Shown: piece by piece, positions 1 to 11,036 of the stretch | Layout: each line of letters begins with the position of its first letter | Position numbering within the stretch: the stretch's first letter is position 1 | Source: Halomicronema hongdechloris C2206 | GTDB taxonomy: Bacteria; Cyanobacteriota; Cyanobacteriia; Phormidesmidales; Phormidesmidaceae | Length of the DNA stretch: 32,000 nucleotides | Assembly (NCBI RefSeq): GCF_002075285.3 | Contig: NZ_CP021983.2 | Coordinates: 3,720,001 to 3,752,000, forward strand | Direction: 5' to 3' | Program-made: the position numbers and the translations under genes | Notes under the pieces: generated by a model | The model's database searches: none | What the model was told of the DNA's origin: nothing | Seen by the model: only the letters and a program-made list of their open reading frames with translations

Positions 1-2
1 AC

Positions 3-1433
3 GTTGCGATCGCAGGTCTCCTCGTCGCCCTCGTCGCCTTGGTCTTCCAATGGGACATTGACAACCCCATTGCCTTCCTGGGGGGATTTAATGGAGACGC
101 CCTCAGCGTTGTCTTCCGAGGCATCATTGTATTATCGGCAGCCGTCACGGTTCCCATGTCGGTGCGCTATGTGGAGCAATCAGGCACCTCTCTGGCCGAG
201 TTTCTGGTGATTCTCATGGCGGCCACCCTGGGCGGCATGTTCCTCACCGGGGCTGATGAACTGGTGATGGTCTTTGTCTCCTTAGAAACCCTGGGTATTG
301 CTTCCTATCTCCTCACCGGTTATATGAAGCGAGATCCCCGCTCCAATGAGGCCGCGCTTAAGTATCTGCTCATTGGGGCCGCCAGCTCTGCCATCTTTCT
401 CTATGGTGTTTCTCTGCTCTACGGTCTGTCGGGAGGCCAAACCCGCCTGACAGAAATTGCCAATACGGTCCTGGCGGAAGGAGGCGATGCCCCCATTGGC
501 CTGATCGTCGCCTTGGTCTTCGTCATTGCTGGCATTGCCTTCAAAATTGCCGCTGTCCCCTTCCACCAATGGACTCCTGACGTCTACGAAGGGTCCCCCA
601 CCCCTGTGGTAGCCTTCCTATCGGTAGGGTCCAAAGCAGCCGGCTTTGCCCTAGCGATTCGACTGCTAGTGACAGCATTTCCAGCAGTTTCCCAGCAATG
701 GCAATTTGTCTTTACCGCCCTAGCCATTCTCAGCATGGTGCTCGGTAACGTTGTCGCCCTGGCCCAAACCAGTATGAAGCGGCTATTGGCCTATTCTTCA
801 ATTGGTCAGGCAGGTTTTGTCATGATTGGCCTGGTTATCGGCACCGAAGCCGGCTATGCCAGCATGATCTTCTACCTGCTGATTTATCTGTTCATGAACC
901 TGGGCGGTTTCATTTGCGTCATCTTGTTCTCCCTACGCACCGGCACCGATCAGATCAGCGAATACAGTGGTCTCTATCAGAAAGATCCCCTATTAACCTT
1001 GGGTCTGAGTATTTGTCTGCTCTCCTTGGGAGGGATTCCGCCTCTGGCCGGATTTTTTGGTAAGCTCTACATTTTTTGGGCCGGTTGGCAGGCTGGAGCC
1101 TATGGCCTAGTGCTGGTGGGTCTACTCACTAGTGTTGTCTCTATCTATTACTACATCCGAGTCATCAAGATGATGGTGGTGAAGGAGCCCCATGAGATGT
1201 CTGATGCCGTCAAAGACTACCCCGAAATCTGTTGGACCTTACCAGGTATGCGGCCTCTTCAGGTCAGCTTGGTCTTAACGGTCGTTGTTACCTCACTAGC
1301 AGGGGTGCTGTCCAATCCCTTATTCACTCTAGCCAACAACTCAGTCACCCATACGCCGCTACTACAATCAGCCCTCACGCCGACTAATGCTGAGCAAGTG
1401 TCCCTGCAGTCATCCCAGCTGTCTGGGGACTGA
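3..1433 (+). CDS. ndhB: NAD(P)H-quinone oxidoreductase (NDH-1) subunit 2, NdhB; 5'-partial (frame is open to the window edge)
   Basis: Polytopic membrane protein whose sequence is typical of cyanobacterial NdhB ([74 protein letters not shown]). The frame upstream of the listed Met (39) stays open to nt 3, so the N-terminus lies outside the window. Confidence 0.9.
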   Translation, partial: VAIAGLLVALVALVFQWDIDNPIAFLGGFNGDALSVVFRGIIVLSAAVTVPMSVRYVEQSGTSLAEFLVILMAATLGGMFLTGADELVMVFVSLETLGIASYLLTGYMKRDPRSNEAALKYLLIGAASSAIFLYGVSLLYGLSGGQTRLTEIANTVLAEGGDAPIGLIVALVFVIAGIAFKIAAVPFHQWTPDVYEGSPTPVVAFLSVGSKAAGFALAIRLLVTAFPAVSQQWQFVFTALAILSMVLGNVVALAQTSMKRLLAYSSIGQAGFVMIGLVIGTEAGYASMIFYLLIYLFMNLGGFICVILFSLRTGTDQISEYSGLYQKDPLLTLGLSICLLSLGGIPPLAGFFGKLYIFWAGWQAGAYGLVLVGLLTSVVSIYYYIRVIKMMVVKEPHEMSDAVKDYPEICWTLPGMRPLQVSLVLTVVVTSLAGVLSNPLFTLANNSVTHTPLLQSALTPTNAEQVSLQSSQLSGD

Positions 1434-1535
1434 GTCTCTGATGGGGGGGCTAAACCACCTTTAAATCTGTCGTTGACAGGTGGTCTACGCTAAGTTGGCT
1501 CCTATCCCCGTAGCGACCCTATCGCCACCTGCTCC

Positions 1536-2672
1536 ATGTCCAAACTGAACCTGCGCAGCCGTCTATTGCTATCTCACTTAATGGTGATGGCGGTGGGTAT
1601 TGTGACACTGGCTAGCGTCAGCTGGATTTACTCCCCCAAGCTTTTTATCATCACGTTGCAGCGCATTGAACGCTACGGTATTGGCGTGCGCCAGGTGCGA
1701 ACCGATTTGATTCAGGGGTTTGAGTCAGCCTGGGCCCGAGGCATGACTTGGTCAATTTTGCTGGGGGGAGGAGCTGCCGGTAGCCTCAGTTTTTTATTAT
1801 CCCGGCGCATTGTGCAGCCTCTGCTGCAACTAGAACAGGTGACCCGTAAATTTGCCACAGGGGACTTAGAGGAGCGGGTACCCGCATCCGATATCCCTGA
1901 ACTCGATCAGCTGGCCACCAGTTTCAACCGCATGGCCGATGATCTGGCTGGCGTCGAGCAGCGACGGCGAGAACTCATCGGCGATTTGACCCACGAATTA
2001 CGTACCCCCCTGACCATCGTCAAGGGATATCTGGAAGGGTTGGCCGATGGCACCATCGAACCATCGCCTGACATATATCGACGATTAGCCCGCGAAACCA
2101 CTCGACTCAAACGGTTGGTCAATGATCTGCAAGAGTTATCGAAATTAGAGGCGGGCTATTTGCCCATTCAAGCCCAACCGATGGCTCTCTGTCCCTTATT
2201 GGCAGGGTTGGTGCATCATTTTGACAATCAGTTGGTTGATGGGCAGGTGCAGTTGACACTGGAGTGCCCCAATAACTTACCCCTGGTGAAAGCAGATCCT
2301 GAGCGGGTAGAGCAGATCGTCGTCAACCTGCTCAGCAATGCCCTGCGCCACACGGCTAGGGGCTCGGTCTGGGTCACTGCCCTGGCAGTTCAGGGCCAAG
2401 TCTGGGTGCAGGTCCAGGACACAGGCACCGGTATTGCTGAGGCTGATTTACCTTACATTTTCGAACGCTTCTGGAGAGCTAAGCCAGCCTCTAAAGATAC
2501 GGTAGAGACGAAACGGGACCAATCCTCTTCTGAGGGATCTGGCGTTGGCCTTACCATCTGCCGCCGGTTAGTAGAACTCCAAGGCGGTCGTATCGAAGTG
2601 GAGAGTCAGCCGGGTCAAGGCAGTACCTTTCGATTCTCCCTACCCATAGCTGCTGACAACTACAATAAATAG
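1536..2672 (+). CDS. Sensor histidine kinase (TM - HAMP - HisKA - HATPase_c)
   Basis: N-terminal hydrophobic segments. HAMP-like linker (RRIVQPLLQLEQVTRKFATGDLEERV). H-box THELRTPLT. N-box VNLLSNALRHT. G-boxes QDTGTGI and GSGVGLTICRRLVELQGG. No adjacent response regulator. Confidence 0.88.
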   Translation: MSKLNLRSRLLLSHLMVMAVGIVTLASVSWIYSPKLFIITLQRIERYGIGVRQVRTDLIQGFESAWARGMTWSILLGGGAAGSLSFLLSRRIVQPLLQLEQVTRKFATGDLEERVPASDIPELDQLATSFNRMADDLAGVEQRRRELIGDLTHELRTPLTIVKGYLEGLADGTIEPSPDIYRRLARETTRLKRLVNDLQELSKLEAGYLPIQAQPMALCPLLAGLVHHFDNQLVDGQVQLTLECPNNLPLVKADPERVEQIVVNLLSNALRHTARGSVWVTALAVQGQVWVQVQDTGTGIAEADLPYIFERFWRAKPASKDTVETKRDQSSSEGSGVGLTICRRLVELQGGRIEVESQPGQGSTFRFSLPIAADNYNK

Positions 2673-2888
2673 GTAAGATATCAGGGGCTTCGAGGCCAGT
2701 AACTGGTAGCAGCCATCATACTCTGGTCACGAGGTCAGGATCTAACAGGACTGCCAATCGTCATGAAGAGTTAATCGTACCTAACAGCAAAACCCGTGAA
2801 TCTTTTCCCTGGCTTATACGGTCTAGGTTAGGTTATAAATGCGACTGACCAGATTCGTTATCCCTGATGACTCAAGAGGCTGACATTT

Positions 2889-3992
2889 ATGCAGGAGTCT
2901 CCCGTCGATCTATCTGAGATTCGGGCGGCCCGCCCCCAGGACAACTATCTTCTCCACTGTTGTCGCTCTGGACAATTATTTCGAGATCGGTATCGCATTG
3001 TCAGGGTGTTAGGGCGAGGTGGCTTTGGGGTCACTTATCTGGCTCAGAATGAGATCTTACCAGGGTCCCCCCTGTGCGTCGTGAAACAACTGTGCCCCAA
3101 AATCAGTAATTCTTTGGCCTTACAGCGAGCCCGGGTGCGTTTCAAGCGCGAGGCCCATATCTTATCGAAACTGGGGAGTCATTCTCAGATTCCCCGACTA
3201 CTCGATTATTTCACCATTAAGGGGGAGTTTTACCTGGTGCAGGAGTTCATCCAGGGAGAGACTCTGCGTAAGGAAGTGCAACGGTTTGGTCGTCAGCCGG
3301 AAGCCCAGGTAAAGCAGTTCCTACGGGAAATCTTGCCGGTGATTAAATTTGTCCACCGTCATCACATCATTCACCGTGACATTAAGCCGCCGAATATCAT
3401 TCGCTGTCGCGAGGATCAGCGGCTGGTGTTGATTGACTTTGGGGCGGTGCGGGAATACCTCAGCAATGACGATAGTCTGCAAGCTCCGATGACTCAGTTT
3501 GTTGGGACTCCTGGTTTTTCGCCACCGGAGCAGTTAGCGCTGCGCCCCTGTTTTGCCAGTGATATTTATGCCCTGGGCATGACTAGTTTGTTTATGTTGA
3601 CCGGGAAGTCGCCCATAGAATTTGATACAGACCCGAGCACAGGCGCGATTCAGTGGCAGCGCTTTGCTTCCGTTAGCTCTCATTTTGCTGGGGTGTTGAC
3701 GAAGATGTTGCAACCATTGGTCGATGATCGCTATCAGTCGGTTGAAGACGTAGAGCAGGCCCTAGCCCTGGAACCTCACTTAGATAGCCTGGCCACGTGC
3801 ATGACGTTGCCTCATGCCGGTCAGTCAACGCCACCCATCCAGCATGAGACGGTGGTGCCGATGAATACCCACCTGACCCATACCCAACGGGAAGCGGCGG
3901 CGATTCGACGCTGGCGGGCGCGGCGGGCAGCGAAGCATCTGCGCCAACATCGCACTGGCTTATCGACAACGGGGACGATGTCACCGTTTTAA
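2889..3992 (+). CDS. Serine/threonine protein kinase (Hanks-type), short basic C-terminal tail
   Basis: Gly-loop LGRGGFGVTY. Catalytic loop HRDIKPPNII. DFG (IDFGAV). Activation/P+1 segment GTPGFSPPE. No obvious sensor or TM domain follows. Confidence 0.88.
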   Translation: MQESPVDLSEIRAARPQDNYLLHCCRSGQLFRDRYRIVRVLGRGGFGVTYLAQNEILPGSPLCVVKQLCPKISNSLALQRARVRFKREAHILSKLGSHSQIPRLLDYFTIKGEFYLVQEFIQGETLRKEVQRFGRQPEAQVKQFLREILPVIKFVHRHHIIHRDIKPPNIIRCREDQRLVLIDFGAVREYLSNDDSLQAPMTQFVGTPGFSPPEQLALRPCFASDIYALGMTSLFMLTGKSPIEFDTDPSTGAIQWQRFASVSSHFAGVLTKMLQPLVDDRYQSVEDVEQALALEPHLDSLATCMTLPHAGQSTPPIQHETVVPMNTHLTHTQREAAAIRRWRARRAAKHLRQHRTGLSTTGTMSPF

Positions 3993-4927
3993 TGGGGGCT
4001 AGCTGAGACTTCCCTTGAGAAGTCCGTTCCCAGCCAGTCTAGGATAGCTTGGTTGACCTGGTCAGGGTACTCGTCGTAGAGGAAGTGTCCGGCGTTGGGC
4101 AGTTCTACTAAGGTAACGTGGTCATTCAGGCAGGTCACCTGGCGCCCCCACTGGGGTGGAATCACCTGATCGGCTTGTCCCCACAGCAGTAGGGTGGGAT
4201 GGTATAGTTGCTGGACCAAAGGCCGGGTAGCGGGGCTGAAATGGGTATTAGTGCGCGATCGCACCAGGTAGCAGAGGGTGCGGGCGGCGCCGCGCTCTCG
4301 AGGCGGACGGGCAAAACTGTCGACCAGGGCGGCGTCCACGCGCTCGGGACGGCTGTAGAGATTGCGTAGCACTGCTCGCAGCAACCAGGGCTGGCGCACG
4401 ACACCAAATAGGGGCCGAATCAATAGTGGCGTGGAAAAGGTGCGCTCTAGGGGCCGGGCGATGGCTTCTAGCCAGCCAGGCAAGAGTTCTTGGCGGGCCG
4501 CGGGTAGGGTTAACAGGACGATGCGATCGCACATCTCCGGATAGGTAATGGCTGCCGTCAGCGCCACCAAAGCTCCCAAGGAATGGCCCATCAACACCAC
4601 CGGTTCCCCTAACCAATGACACCAGAAGTCATGGACCTGCTCTACCCACAGGTCAGTGCCGAAGGTGGTAGCGGCCTTAGCAGAGCCGCCAAACCCTAGC
4701 AAATCCAAGGCATAGACGGGATGCTGCTGAGCCAAGGGGGCCAGGGTCCGGCGCCACTGCCCTAAGCTAGCCCCAAATCCATGCAACAGCAGTATTGGCG
4801 GTCGATCCGTAGCCCTAGCGGCAACCAAAAAACTGTAGCGAATTCGCCAACCCCGCCAGTACCAGCTACGCTGGTGGCCTAAGGAAGGCTCCTGCTCATC
4901 CGGTATTACACCCTGGTCATGGCTCAT
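3989..4927 (-). CDS. Alpha/beta-fold hydrolase
   Basis: LLLHGFGAS oxyanion region and GHSLG nucleophile elbow. C-terminal NAGHFLYDEYP carries the His of the triad. Converges on the kinase gene with a 4-nt overlap. Confidence 0.8.
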   Translation of the reverse strand: MSHDQGVIPDEQEPSLGHQRSWYWRGWRIRYSFLVAARATDRPPILLLHGFGASLGQWRRTLAPLAQQHPVYALDLLGFGGSAKAATTFGTDLWVEQVHDFWCHWLGEPVVLMGHSLGALVALTAAITYPEMCDRIVLLTLPAARQELLPGWLEAIARPLERTFSTPLLIRPLFGVVRQPWLLRAVLRNLYSRPERVDAALVDSFARPPRERGAARTLCYLVRSRTNTHFSPATRPLVQQLYHPTLLLWGQADQVIPPQWGRQVTCLNDHVTLVELPNAGHFLYDEYPDQVNQAILDWLGTDFSREVSASPH

Positions 4928-4943
4928 GCTTTGCCATCACTCC

Positions 4944-6332
4944 CTAGGCACTGGCACTCAAGGCCGGAGACTGCAGTGGCAGGTCATGCTGACCGGCCCA
5001 GGTGCTGAGGTCAGCCAAGCTGCGATCGCGATAACGGCCATAACGCTCCCGCTTATTCTTAATCTTTTGCGGCAGGGCCGGCAGAATCCCGAAGTTAGGC
5101 GGCATCGGCTGAAAATACTTGGGCTCTGCCGAGCTAATGAACTCAAACAGCGCCCCCATCATCATCGTCCCAGGCAGCGTCAAGGGCTCCTGCCCCAGGA
5201 CCAACCGCGCTGCATTGGTGCCAGCTAACCAGCCACCGGCCGCTGCCGCCGTATAGCCTTCTGTGCCCACCAGCTGCCCCGCTGCCAGCAAACTGGGCCT
5301 ACGGTCGAACTGCAGGGTTGCCTGCAGCAGTTGGGGCGAATTGATAAAGGTATTGCGATGCATCACTCCCATGCGGACGAATTCCGCCTGTTGCAGACCA
5401 GGAATCAAGCGAAACACCCGCTTTTGCTCACCCCAGCGCAAGTTGGTTTGGAAGCCCACCATATTCCAGAGTTGGCCGGCCTTATCTTCCTGGCGCAGTT
5501 GCACCACGGCGTAGGGCTTCTTAGAGCGATTAGCCGGATCGCGAAAATCCCCCAGGCGGGCATCAAATAGCCCCACTGGCTTCAAGGGGCCGTAGCGCAT
5601 GGTGTCTTCGCCGCGGCGAGCCATCTCTTCGATAGGCAAACAGCCCTCGAAAAACTTGGCCGTCTCCTGCTCAAACTCCTTCAGGTCTGCCTGTTCTGCC
5701 TGAACCAAGGCCTGCCAAAACTGCAGGTATTCCTGCCGATTCATGGGGCAGTTGAGATAGGCCGCCTCGCCGCGGTCATAGCGAGAGGCCATAAAAGCAA
5801 TATCGCGGTCAATGCTTTCCCCGACAACGATGGGGCTGGCGGCATCGAAGAAGCTCATATAGGCTTGGCCGGTAAAGTGTTGCAGATCTGCTGACAGGGC
5901 CTCGCTGGTGAGGGGTCCCGTAGTCAGCACCGCAATCCCGGTCGCTGGCATTTGAGTGACCTCATCCCGCCGCAACTCGATCAGGGGATGGCTGGCCAGG
6001 GTTTCCGTTAGAGTCTGACTAAAAATGCTTCGATCCACCGCCAAGGCCCCCCCGGCCGGCACCTGATGCCGATCCGCCTGGGCGATGACGACCGATCCCA
6101 GCTGGCGCAACTCCTGATGCAGCAGCCCCGAAGCCCGATCCGTCGCCTGGGCTCCGAAAGAGTTGCTACACACCAGTTCGGCCAGATGCTCGGTATGGTG
6201 GGCCGGAGACTGTTTCTGCGGCCGCATCTCGTGGAGGATGACCGGCACGCCCCAACGGGCGATCTGCCAGGCGGCCTCAGTCCCCGCCAGCCCACCGCCA
6301 ATCACATGAATCGGTTGCCTATCTGCAGCCAT
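4944..6332 (-). CDS. trmFO: Methylenetetrahydrofolate--tRNA-(uracil-5-)-methyltransferase TrmFO (Gid)
   Basis: FAD-binding N-terminus [18 protein letters not shown]. Length and conserved blocks ([26 protein letters not shown]) are typical of TrmFO. I chose the internal Met (MAADRQP, ATG at 6332) rather than the ORF-track start at 6380. Confidence 0.9.
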   Translation of the reverse strand: MAADRQPIHVIGGGLAGTEAAWQIARWGVPVILHEMRPQKQSPAHHTEHLAELVCSNSFGAQATDRASGLLHQELRQLGSVVIAQADRHQVPAGGALAVDRSIFSQTLTETLASHPLIELRRDEVTQMPATGIAVLTTGPLTSEALSADLQHFTGQAYMSFFDAASPIVVGESIDRDIAFMASRYDRGEAAYLNCPMNRQEYLQFWQALVQAEQADLKEFEQETAKFFEGCLPIEEMARRGEDTMRYGPLKPVGLFDARLGDFRDPANRSKKPYAVVQLRQEDKAGQLWNMVGFQTNLRWGEQKRVFRLIPGLQQAEFVRMGVMHRNTFINSPQLLQATLQFDRRPSLLAAGQLVGTEGYTAAAAGGWLAGTNAARLVLGQEPLTLPGTMMMGALFEFISSAEPKYFQPMPPNFGILPALPQKIKNKRERYGRYRDRSLADLSTWAGQHDLPLQSPALSASA

Positions 6333-6414
6333 GGAGCTCTGCCATTGCGTCAGCTCTTCTAGAATAACGAGCCCTGGCACCGCTGCCTACAACTCGGGAA
6401 TCTCCAAGGACACC

Positions 6415-7143
6415 TCAGCTACTGACCGTGTAGAGGCCGCGCTCAGCAAACTGGGCCACGGTGGATTGGATTAACTCTGCCGAGGGAGGTTGAGTCTCTT
6501 TCAGCGCGTACTCATAGCCCAACTGCTCCCACTTGTAGGCCCCCATCTGGTGAAAGGGCAACACCTCCACCCGTTCCACATTAGTCAGCGTCGCCACAAA
6601 ATCGGCTAATCCCTCGATATTGTCCCGCGGATCCGTGAGTCCTGGAACCAAGACAAATCGGATCCACACGGGTTTGCCGATGGCAGCTAGATGGCGGGCA
6701 AAGGCCAGAGTCGGCTCCAAACTGACGTGGGTCACCCGTTGATACAGGGCCGGATCATAGGACTTGATATCCAGCAGTACCAAATCCGTATGGGCCAGCA
6801 CCGGCGCCGCCGCCGGAATCTGCACATAGCCGGAGGTATCCAGGGCCGTGTGTAATCCCAGAGCTTGGCTTTGCCGCAGAATCTCAGCGACAAATTCTGG
6901 CTGCATCAAGGGCTCGCCACCGGTCACGGTGACACCGCCATGGCGCAGGTAACTGCGGTACTTTTTCACCTCTTGCATCAGCTCATCGACAGTCACGACC
7001 TGACCATCCTCAGGATGGCGGCAGTCTGGATTGTGACAATAGAGACACCGCAGCGGACAGCCCTGGGTGAAAATCACAAATCGCAGCCCCGGCCCATCGA
7101 CGGTGCCACAGGTCTCAATGGAATGAATGCGTCCAGAGATCAT
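6415..7143 (-). CDS. pflA: Pyruvate formate-lyase activating enzyme (glycyl-radical activase, radical SAM)
   Basis: MISGRIHSIETCGTVDGPGLRFVIFTQGCPLRCLYCHNPD matches the canonical PflA N-terminus, including the CxxxCxxC radical-SAM cluster motif. The start at 7143 was chosen by analogy with E. coli MSVIGRIHSFES; the longer ORF start (7191) would overlap the upstream gene. Confidence 0.92.
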   Translation of the reverse strand: MISGRIHSIETCGTVDGPGLRFVIFTQGCPLRCLYCHNPDCRHPEDGQVVTVDELMQEVKKYRSYLRHGGVTVTGGEPLMQPEFVAEILRQSQALGLHTALDTSGYVQIPAAAPVLAHTDLVLLDIKSYDPALYQRVTHVSLEPTLAFARHLAAIGKPVWIRFVLVPGLTDPRDNIEGLADFVATLTNVERVEVLPFHQMGAYKWEQLGYEYALKETQPPSAELIQSTVAQFAERGLYTVSS

Positions 7144-7181
7144 AAAACCATGTCCGAAAACCGTATCCGAAACAGGGAGCC

Positions 7182-8198
7182 TCAGTTGCACAACAGCACC
7201 AAGGCACCGCTAACGGCCGAGCGTTCAAGCAGCGTCTGGGCCTGGGCAGCCTCCGCCAGACTTAGGCGTTGAGCAATCACCGGATGAATCTGTCCCTTAG
7301 CCAGCAGCTCCAAGAGAGTAGTTAGATCCTGACGGAACCAGTCTGGATGCCGCTGTTTCATGGCGGTGATGCTGTAGAAAGCAACTCGCTTAGACTGCAG
7401 CCATCTCAGTTGTAACAACCCCAGACAGAGAAAGTTTTGCAACAGTCGCAGTTGCCTGCCGCGGTTAGCCTGGGCGGCTGCCATAAACCCGAAGTTAATT
7501 AGGGTGCCGTGGGGTTTCAGCACTCGATAGGATCGAAACAGATGGGGGCCACCGACTAAGTCAAAGACGGCATCGACTCCCGCTGCCGTGAGGTCAGCTA
7601 TCCGCTGCACGAAATCCTCATGACGATAGTCAATCGGGATAGCTCCCCATTGCCGAATGTGGTCATGTTTAGCCGCCGCCGCCGTGCCGTAGACCTCTAA
7701 CTCTGTCAGTCGAGCCAGCTGCAGCAGGGCCGTGCCGACTCCACCGGCAGCGCCATGAATCAGAATACTCTGGCCCGGTTTCACCTGGGCCACCCGATGC
7801 AGCATCTGGTAGGCCGTGACATAGTGCAGCACTAAGGCAACGGCCGCCGCCGCCTCGACCGTGTCCGGCACCGGCACAACGTCAGAGGCCGACAGACACA
7901 GATATTCGCTGTAGCCACCAGTCACCGTTAGGGCCGCCACCAACTGCCCCACCGGCACCGTAGACACCTGGGCTCCTACGGCATCGACGATGCCGACAAC
8001 GTCATAGCCTAAGGTAAAAGGCGGTTTAGGCATGCCGGGGTAAAGCCCCTCGCGAATCAAGATATCGGTGTAGGCCACGCCAGCGGCCAGAACGCGCACT
8101 CTGACCTCATGGGGCATCGGCGCGGGTAGCTCTGCTGCAGCTATCTCCAGGACTGAGGCATCCCCATGGTGAGTCATGATTACATGTTGATATGTCAT
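7182..8198 (-). CDS. Medium-chain dehydrogenase/reductase (zinc-type alcohol dehydrogenase / quinone oxidoreductase family)
   Basis: GroES-like N-domain (HEVRVRVLAAGVAYTDILIREG) and Rossmann motif IHGAAGGVGTALLQLA. The start at Met54 of the ORF (MTYQHVIMTHHGDASVLE, ATG 8198) fits the family length of about 338 aa. Lies between pflB and pflA on the same strand. Confidence 0.8.
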   Translation of the reverse strand: MTYQHVIMTHHGDASVLEIAAAELPAPMPHEVRVRVLAAGVAYTDILIREGLYPGMPKPPFTLGYDVVGIVDAVGAQVSTVPVGQLVAALTVTGGYSEYLCLSASDVVPVPDTVEAAAAVALVLHYVTAYQMLHRVAQVKPGQSILIHGAAGGVGTALLQLARLTELEVYGTAAAAKHDHIRQWGAIPIDYRHEDFVQRIADLTAAGVDAVFDLVGGPHLFRSYRVLKPHGTLINFGFMAAAQANRGRQLRLLQNFLCLGLLQLRWLQSKRVAFYSITAMKQRHPDWFRQDLTTLLELLAKGQIHPVIAQRLSLAEAAQAQTLLERSAVSGALVLLCN

Positions 8199-8384
8199 AA
8201 CGACCCGTAGCTGTCTTCTGCCGGGCAAGGAAAGCGGCATCTCCCCAATGCGGGTGGTGGTGCCTGCGCTCCTGGGCCGAAATGGCGGTTGGGTAACTCG
8301 ACTGACGGTTAAGTTATGCTCGCCACGGTACACGTCCGCCGCCATTCCCGGAGTCATCCTCTGAGGCTGGCAACCCTTGGGGGG

Positions 8385-10613
8385 TTAGAACCGCTGGTGG
8401 AAGGTGCGGTTAATCACATCCATCTGCTGCTCCCGGGTGAGCTTGATGAAGTTTACTGCATAGCCCGATACCCGAATCGTCAGTTGCGGATACTGTTCCG
8501 GGTGGTCCATGGCATCCAGAAGGGTTTCGCGATTGAGCACGTTGACGTTGATGTGATGGCCCTGGTCTTGGCAGTAACCGTCTAGCAGATTCACCAGGTT
8601 ATCGGTGCGGTCCTCTGCGGTCTTGCCTAAGGCCCCAGGCACGATGGAGAAGGTGTAGGAGATACCATCTTGGGCATGCTCGTAAGGCAGTTTAGCTACT
8701 GACTCTAGCGCTGCAACTGCTCCTTTGGTGTCGCGCCCGTGCATGGGGTTGGCCCCAGGGGCAAAGGGTTCTCCTGCTTTGCGGCCATCGGGGGTACTGC
8801 CGGTCTTCTTGCCGTAGACCACATTGGAGGTAATGGTGAGGATGGATTGGGTGGGGACGGCTTGGCGATAGGTGGGATGCTGACGCACCTTATTCATAAA
8901 CTGCTCGACTAGATCGGCTGCGATCGCATCTACCCGCTCGTCATTGTTGCCAAAGGCCGGATAGTCACCGACCACCTCGTAGTCAACGGCCAGTCCTGCT
9001 TGGTTGCGAATCACCTGCACCTGAGCGTGTTTGATGGCGGAGAGGGCATCGGCCACCACGGACAGTCCCGCCACCCCGCAGGCCATGGTGCGATAGACAT
9101 CGCGGTCATGGAGGGCCATCTCCAGGCGCTCGTAGCAGTACTTGTCATGCATATAGTGGATGACATTCAGGGTGTTGACATAGATGCGGGCCAGCCAGTC
9201 CATCATGTAGTCGAAGCGGCCCACGACTTCGTCATAGTCCAGCACGTCAGCGGTGAGGGGGGCATAGGGCGGGGCAATCTGCTCGCCGGATTTCTCATCT
9301 TTGCCGCCGTTGATGGCATACAGTAGGGCCTTGGCCAGATTCACCCGGGCCCCGAAGAATTGCATCTGTTTGCCGATGCGCATGCCGGAGACACAACAGG
9401 CAATGCCGTAGTCATCGCCGTAATAGTCGCGCATCAGGTCATCGTTCTCGTACTGGATAGAACTGGTGTCAATGGAGACCTTGGCACAGAAGCGGCGGAA
9501 ATCGAGGGGCAACCGCTCTGACCACAGCACGGTCAGGTTGGGTTCGGGGGCCGGCCCCAAGTTGTACAGGGTCTGCAGGAAGCGGAAGCTGGCTTTAGTG
9601 ACCAGAGGACGACCGTCATTGCCCATGCCGCCGATGGATTCCGTCACCCAGGTGGGGTCGCCCGAGAACAGCTGATTGTATTCCGGCGTCCGCAGGAATC
9701 GCACCATCCGCAGCTTCATCACGAAATGGTCGACGAATTCCTGGAGGGTGGCTTCGTCGAAGATGCCGTTTTCGAGATCCCGTTGGCAATAGACATCCAA
9801 GAACGTAGATACCCGCCCCAGGGACATGGCGGCTCCATTTTGCTCTTTCACTGCCCCCAGGTAGCCAAAGTAAAGCCACTGGATGGCTTCCTGGGTATTG
9901 GCAGCAGGACGGCCAATGTCAAAGCCATAGGCCGCTGCCATGGTCTTCAATTCAAACAGGGCCCGAATCTGCTCTGAGAGCTCTTCCCGCAGCCGAATCA
10001 CCGCTTCGGTGATGCTGTCGAGTTCCAGAGATTCCTGTTGGGCTTTCTTATCGGCAATCAGCCGGTCGATGCCATAGAGGGCGACGCGGCGATAGTCACC
10101 AATGATGCGACCGCGGCCATAGGCATCCGGCAACCCGGTGACGATGCCGGAGTGACGGGCCAGTCGCATTTCTTTGGTATACGCATCAAAGACGCCGTCG
10201 TTGTGGGTTTTGCGGTACTGGGTGAAGATGGCTTCGGTGCTGGGGTCTAGCTGGTATCCATAGGCTTCTAGGGACTTTTTCACCACCCGGATGCCGCCGA
10301 AGGGCATGATCCCACGTTTCAGAGGCTGATCGGTTTGGACGCCGACGATCTGCTCTGCACCCTGGTCGATGTAGCCAGGGGCATGGGCGGTGATGCTGCT
10401 GGGCACGGCCGTCTCGACGTCTAACACGCCCTGTTCCCGTTCCCGCTCCATCAGCGTTGAGACTTGCCGCCACAGCGCTTGGGTGCGCTCTGTGGCGGGG
10501 GCGAGAAAGCTGTCGTCTCCGTCGTAGGGGGTGTAGTTGGTTTGAATGAAGTCGCGGACATCGATGGTGGTCATCCAATCGCCCGGTTCAAAGCCAATCC
10601 ACTGATCAAACAT
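8385..10613 (-). CDS. pflB: Formate C-acetyltransferase (pyruvate formate-lyase, glycyl radical enzyme)
   Basis: 742 aa. Active-site Cys pair in [11 protein letters not shown]-terminal glycyl-radical fingerprint [25 protein letters not shown] Shine-Dalgarno 8 nt upstream of the ATG. Confidence 0.95.
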   Translation of the reverse strand: MFDQWIGFEPGDWMTTIDVRDFIQTNYTPYDGDDSFLAPATERTQALWRQVSTLMEREREQGVLDVETAVPSSITAHAPGYIDQGAEQIVGVQTDQPLKRGIMPFGGIRVVKKSLEAYGYQLDPSTEAIFTQYRKTHNDGVFDAYTKEMRLARHSGIVTGLPDAYGRGRIIGDYRRVALYGIDRLIADKKAQQESLELDSITEAVIRLREELSEQIRALFELKTMAAAYGFDIGRPAANTQEAIQWLYFGYLGAVKEQNGAAMSLGRVSTFLDVYCQRDLENGIFDEATLQEFVDHFVMKLRMVRFLRTPEYNQLFSGDPTWVTESIGGMGNDGRPLVTKASFRFLQTLYNLGPAPEPNLTVLWSERLPLDFRRFCAKVSIDTSSIQYENDDLMRDYYGDDYGIACCVSGMRIGKQMQFFGARVNLAKALLYAINGGKDEKSGEQIAPPYAPLTADVLDYDEVVGRFDYMMDWLARIYVNTLNVIHYMHDKYCYERLEMALHDRDVYRTMACGVAGLSVVADALSAIKHAQVQVIRNQAGLAVDYEVVGDYPAFGNNDERVDAIAADLVEQFMNKVRQHPTYRQAVPTQSILTITSNVVYGKKTGSTPDGRKAGEPFAPGANPMHGRDTKGAVAALESVAKLPYEHAQDGISYTFSIVPGALGKTAEDRTDNLVNLLDGYCQDQGHHINVNVLNRETLLDAMDHPEQYPQLTIRVSGYAVNFIKLTREQQMDVINRTFHQRF

Positions 10614-11036
10614 GGCAGATTCTCCTATGGGCTGCTATCGGGACAAACCAGATGCAACGTTTGGACAACAGCGAGGACCTCTTATTTCGAGGAGTTGAGG
10701 GCCACTTAGTTTGCCCATTTATAGTGTAGTTTCAATTTCAAAGAACCGCCGATCAGGACTTAATTATCTGTTTCATTTCTAGTTTAGAAATCTGGATGTT
10801 GCGTATTAAAAATTGCAACGTATCAAGGTCGGTGGCGAAGGGTCGTATCCCTGGACAAAAGTCTATTCCATAGATATATCTAAACCATCTGGCTAGATAA
10901 ATTATTAGGGATATATTTAGGCCCCTTAATTCTTTTCTCAGGCAAGGTGTTGAGCCAATTTTCATGATTTGAAGACATGCGATCGCACCTTCCCAATCCA
11001 AAAAATCCTCTTATCTATAGCATGGGAAATTGTTGA

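Noticed and set aside
1441-1500. Hairpin ACCACCT-N17-AGGTGGT after ndhB as an intrinsic terminator
   Set aside because: The loop is large and no U-tract follows, so it is not convincing enough to annotate.
7144-7191. Longer pflA start (ATG 7191) giving a 16-aa N-terminal extension that overlaps the MDR gene
   Set aside because: The canonical PflA N-terminus (M-x-x-GRIHS) aligns with the internal Met at 7143. The extension has no counterpart in known activases.
8385-10613. Numerous 60-130 aa ORFs on both strands inside pflB (for example 9000-9326, 9616-9879, 10186-10578), with similar shadow ORFs inside trmFO, the hydrolase, GGT, the carotenoid oxygenase and MocR
   Set aside because: They overlap genes with strong, full-length family signatures. 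They have Arg/Pro/Gly-rich compositions typical of off-frame translation of GC-rich coding DNA, and they carry no motifs.
10753-11001. 82-aa minus-strand ORF in the AT-rich region upstream of pflB
   Set aside because: It has a TTG start, an AT-rich low-complexity sequence with an odd composition, and no recognisable motif. It is more likely non-coding promoter or regulatory DNA.
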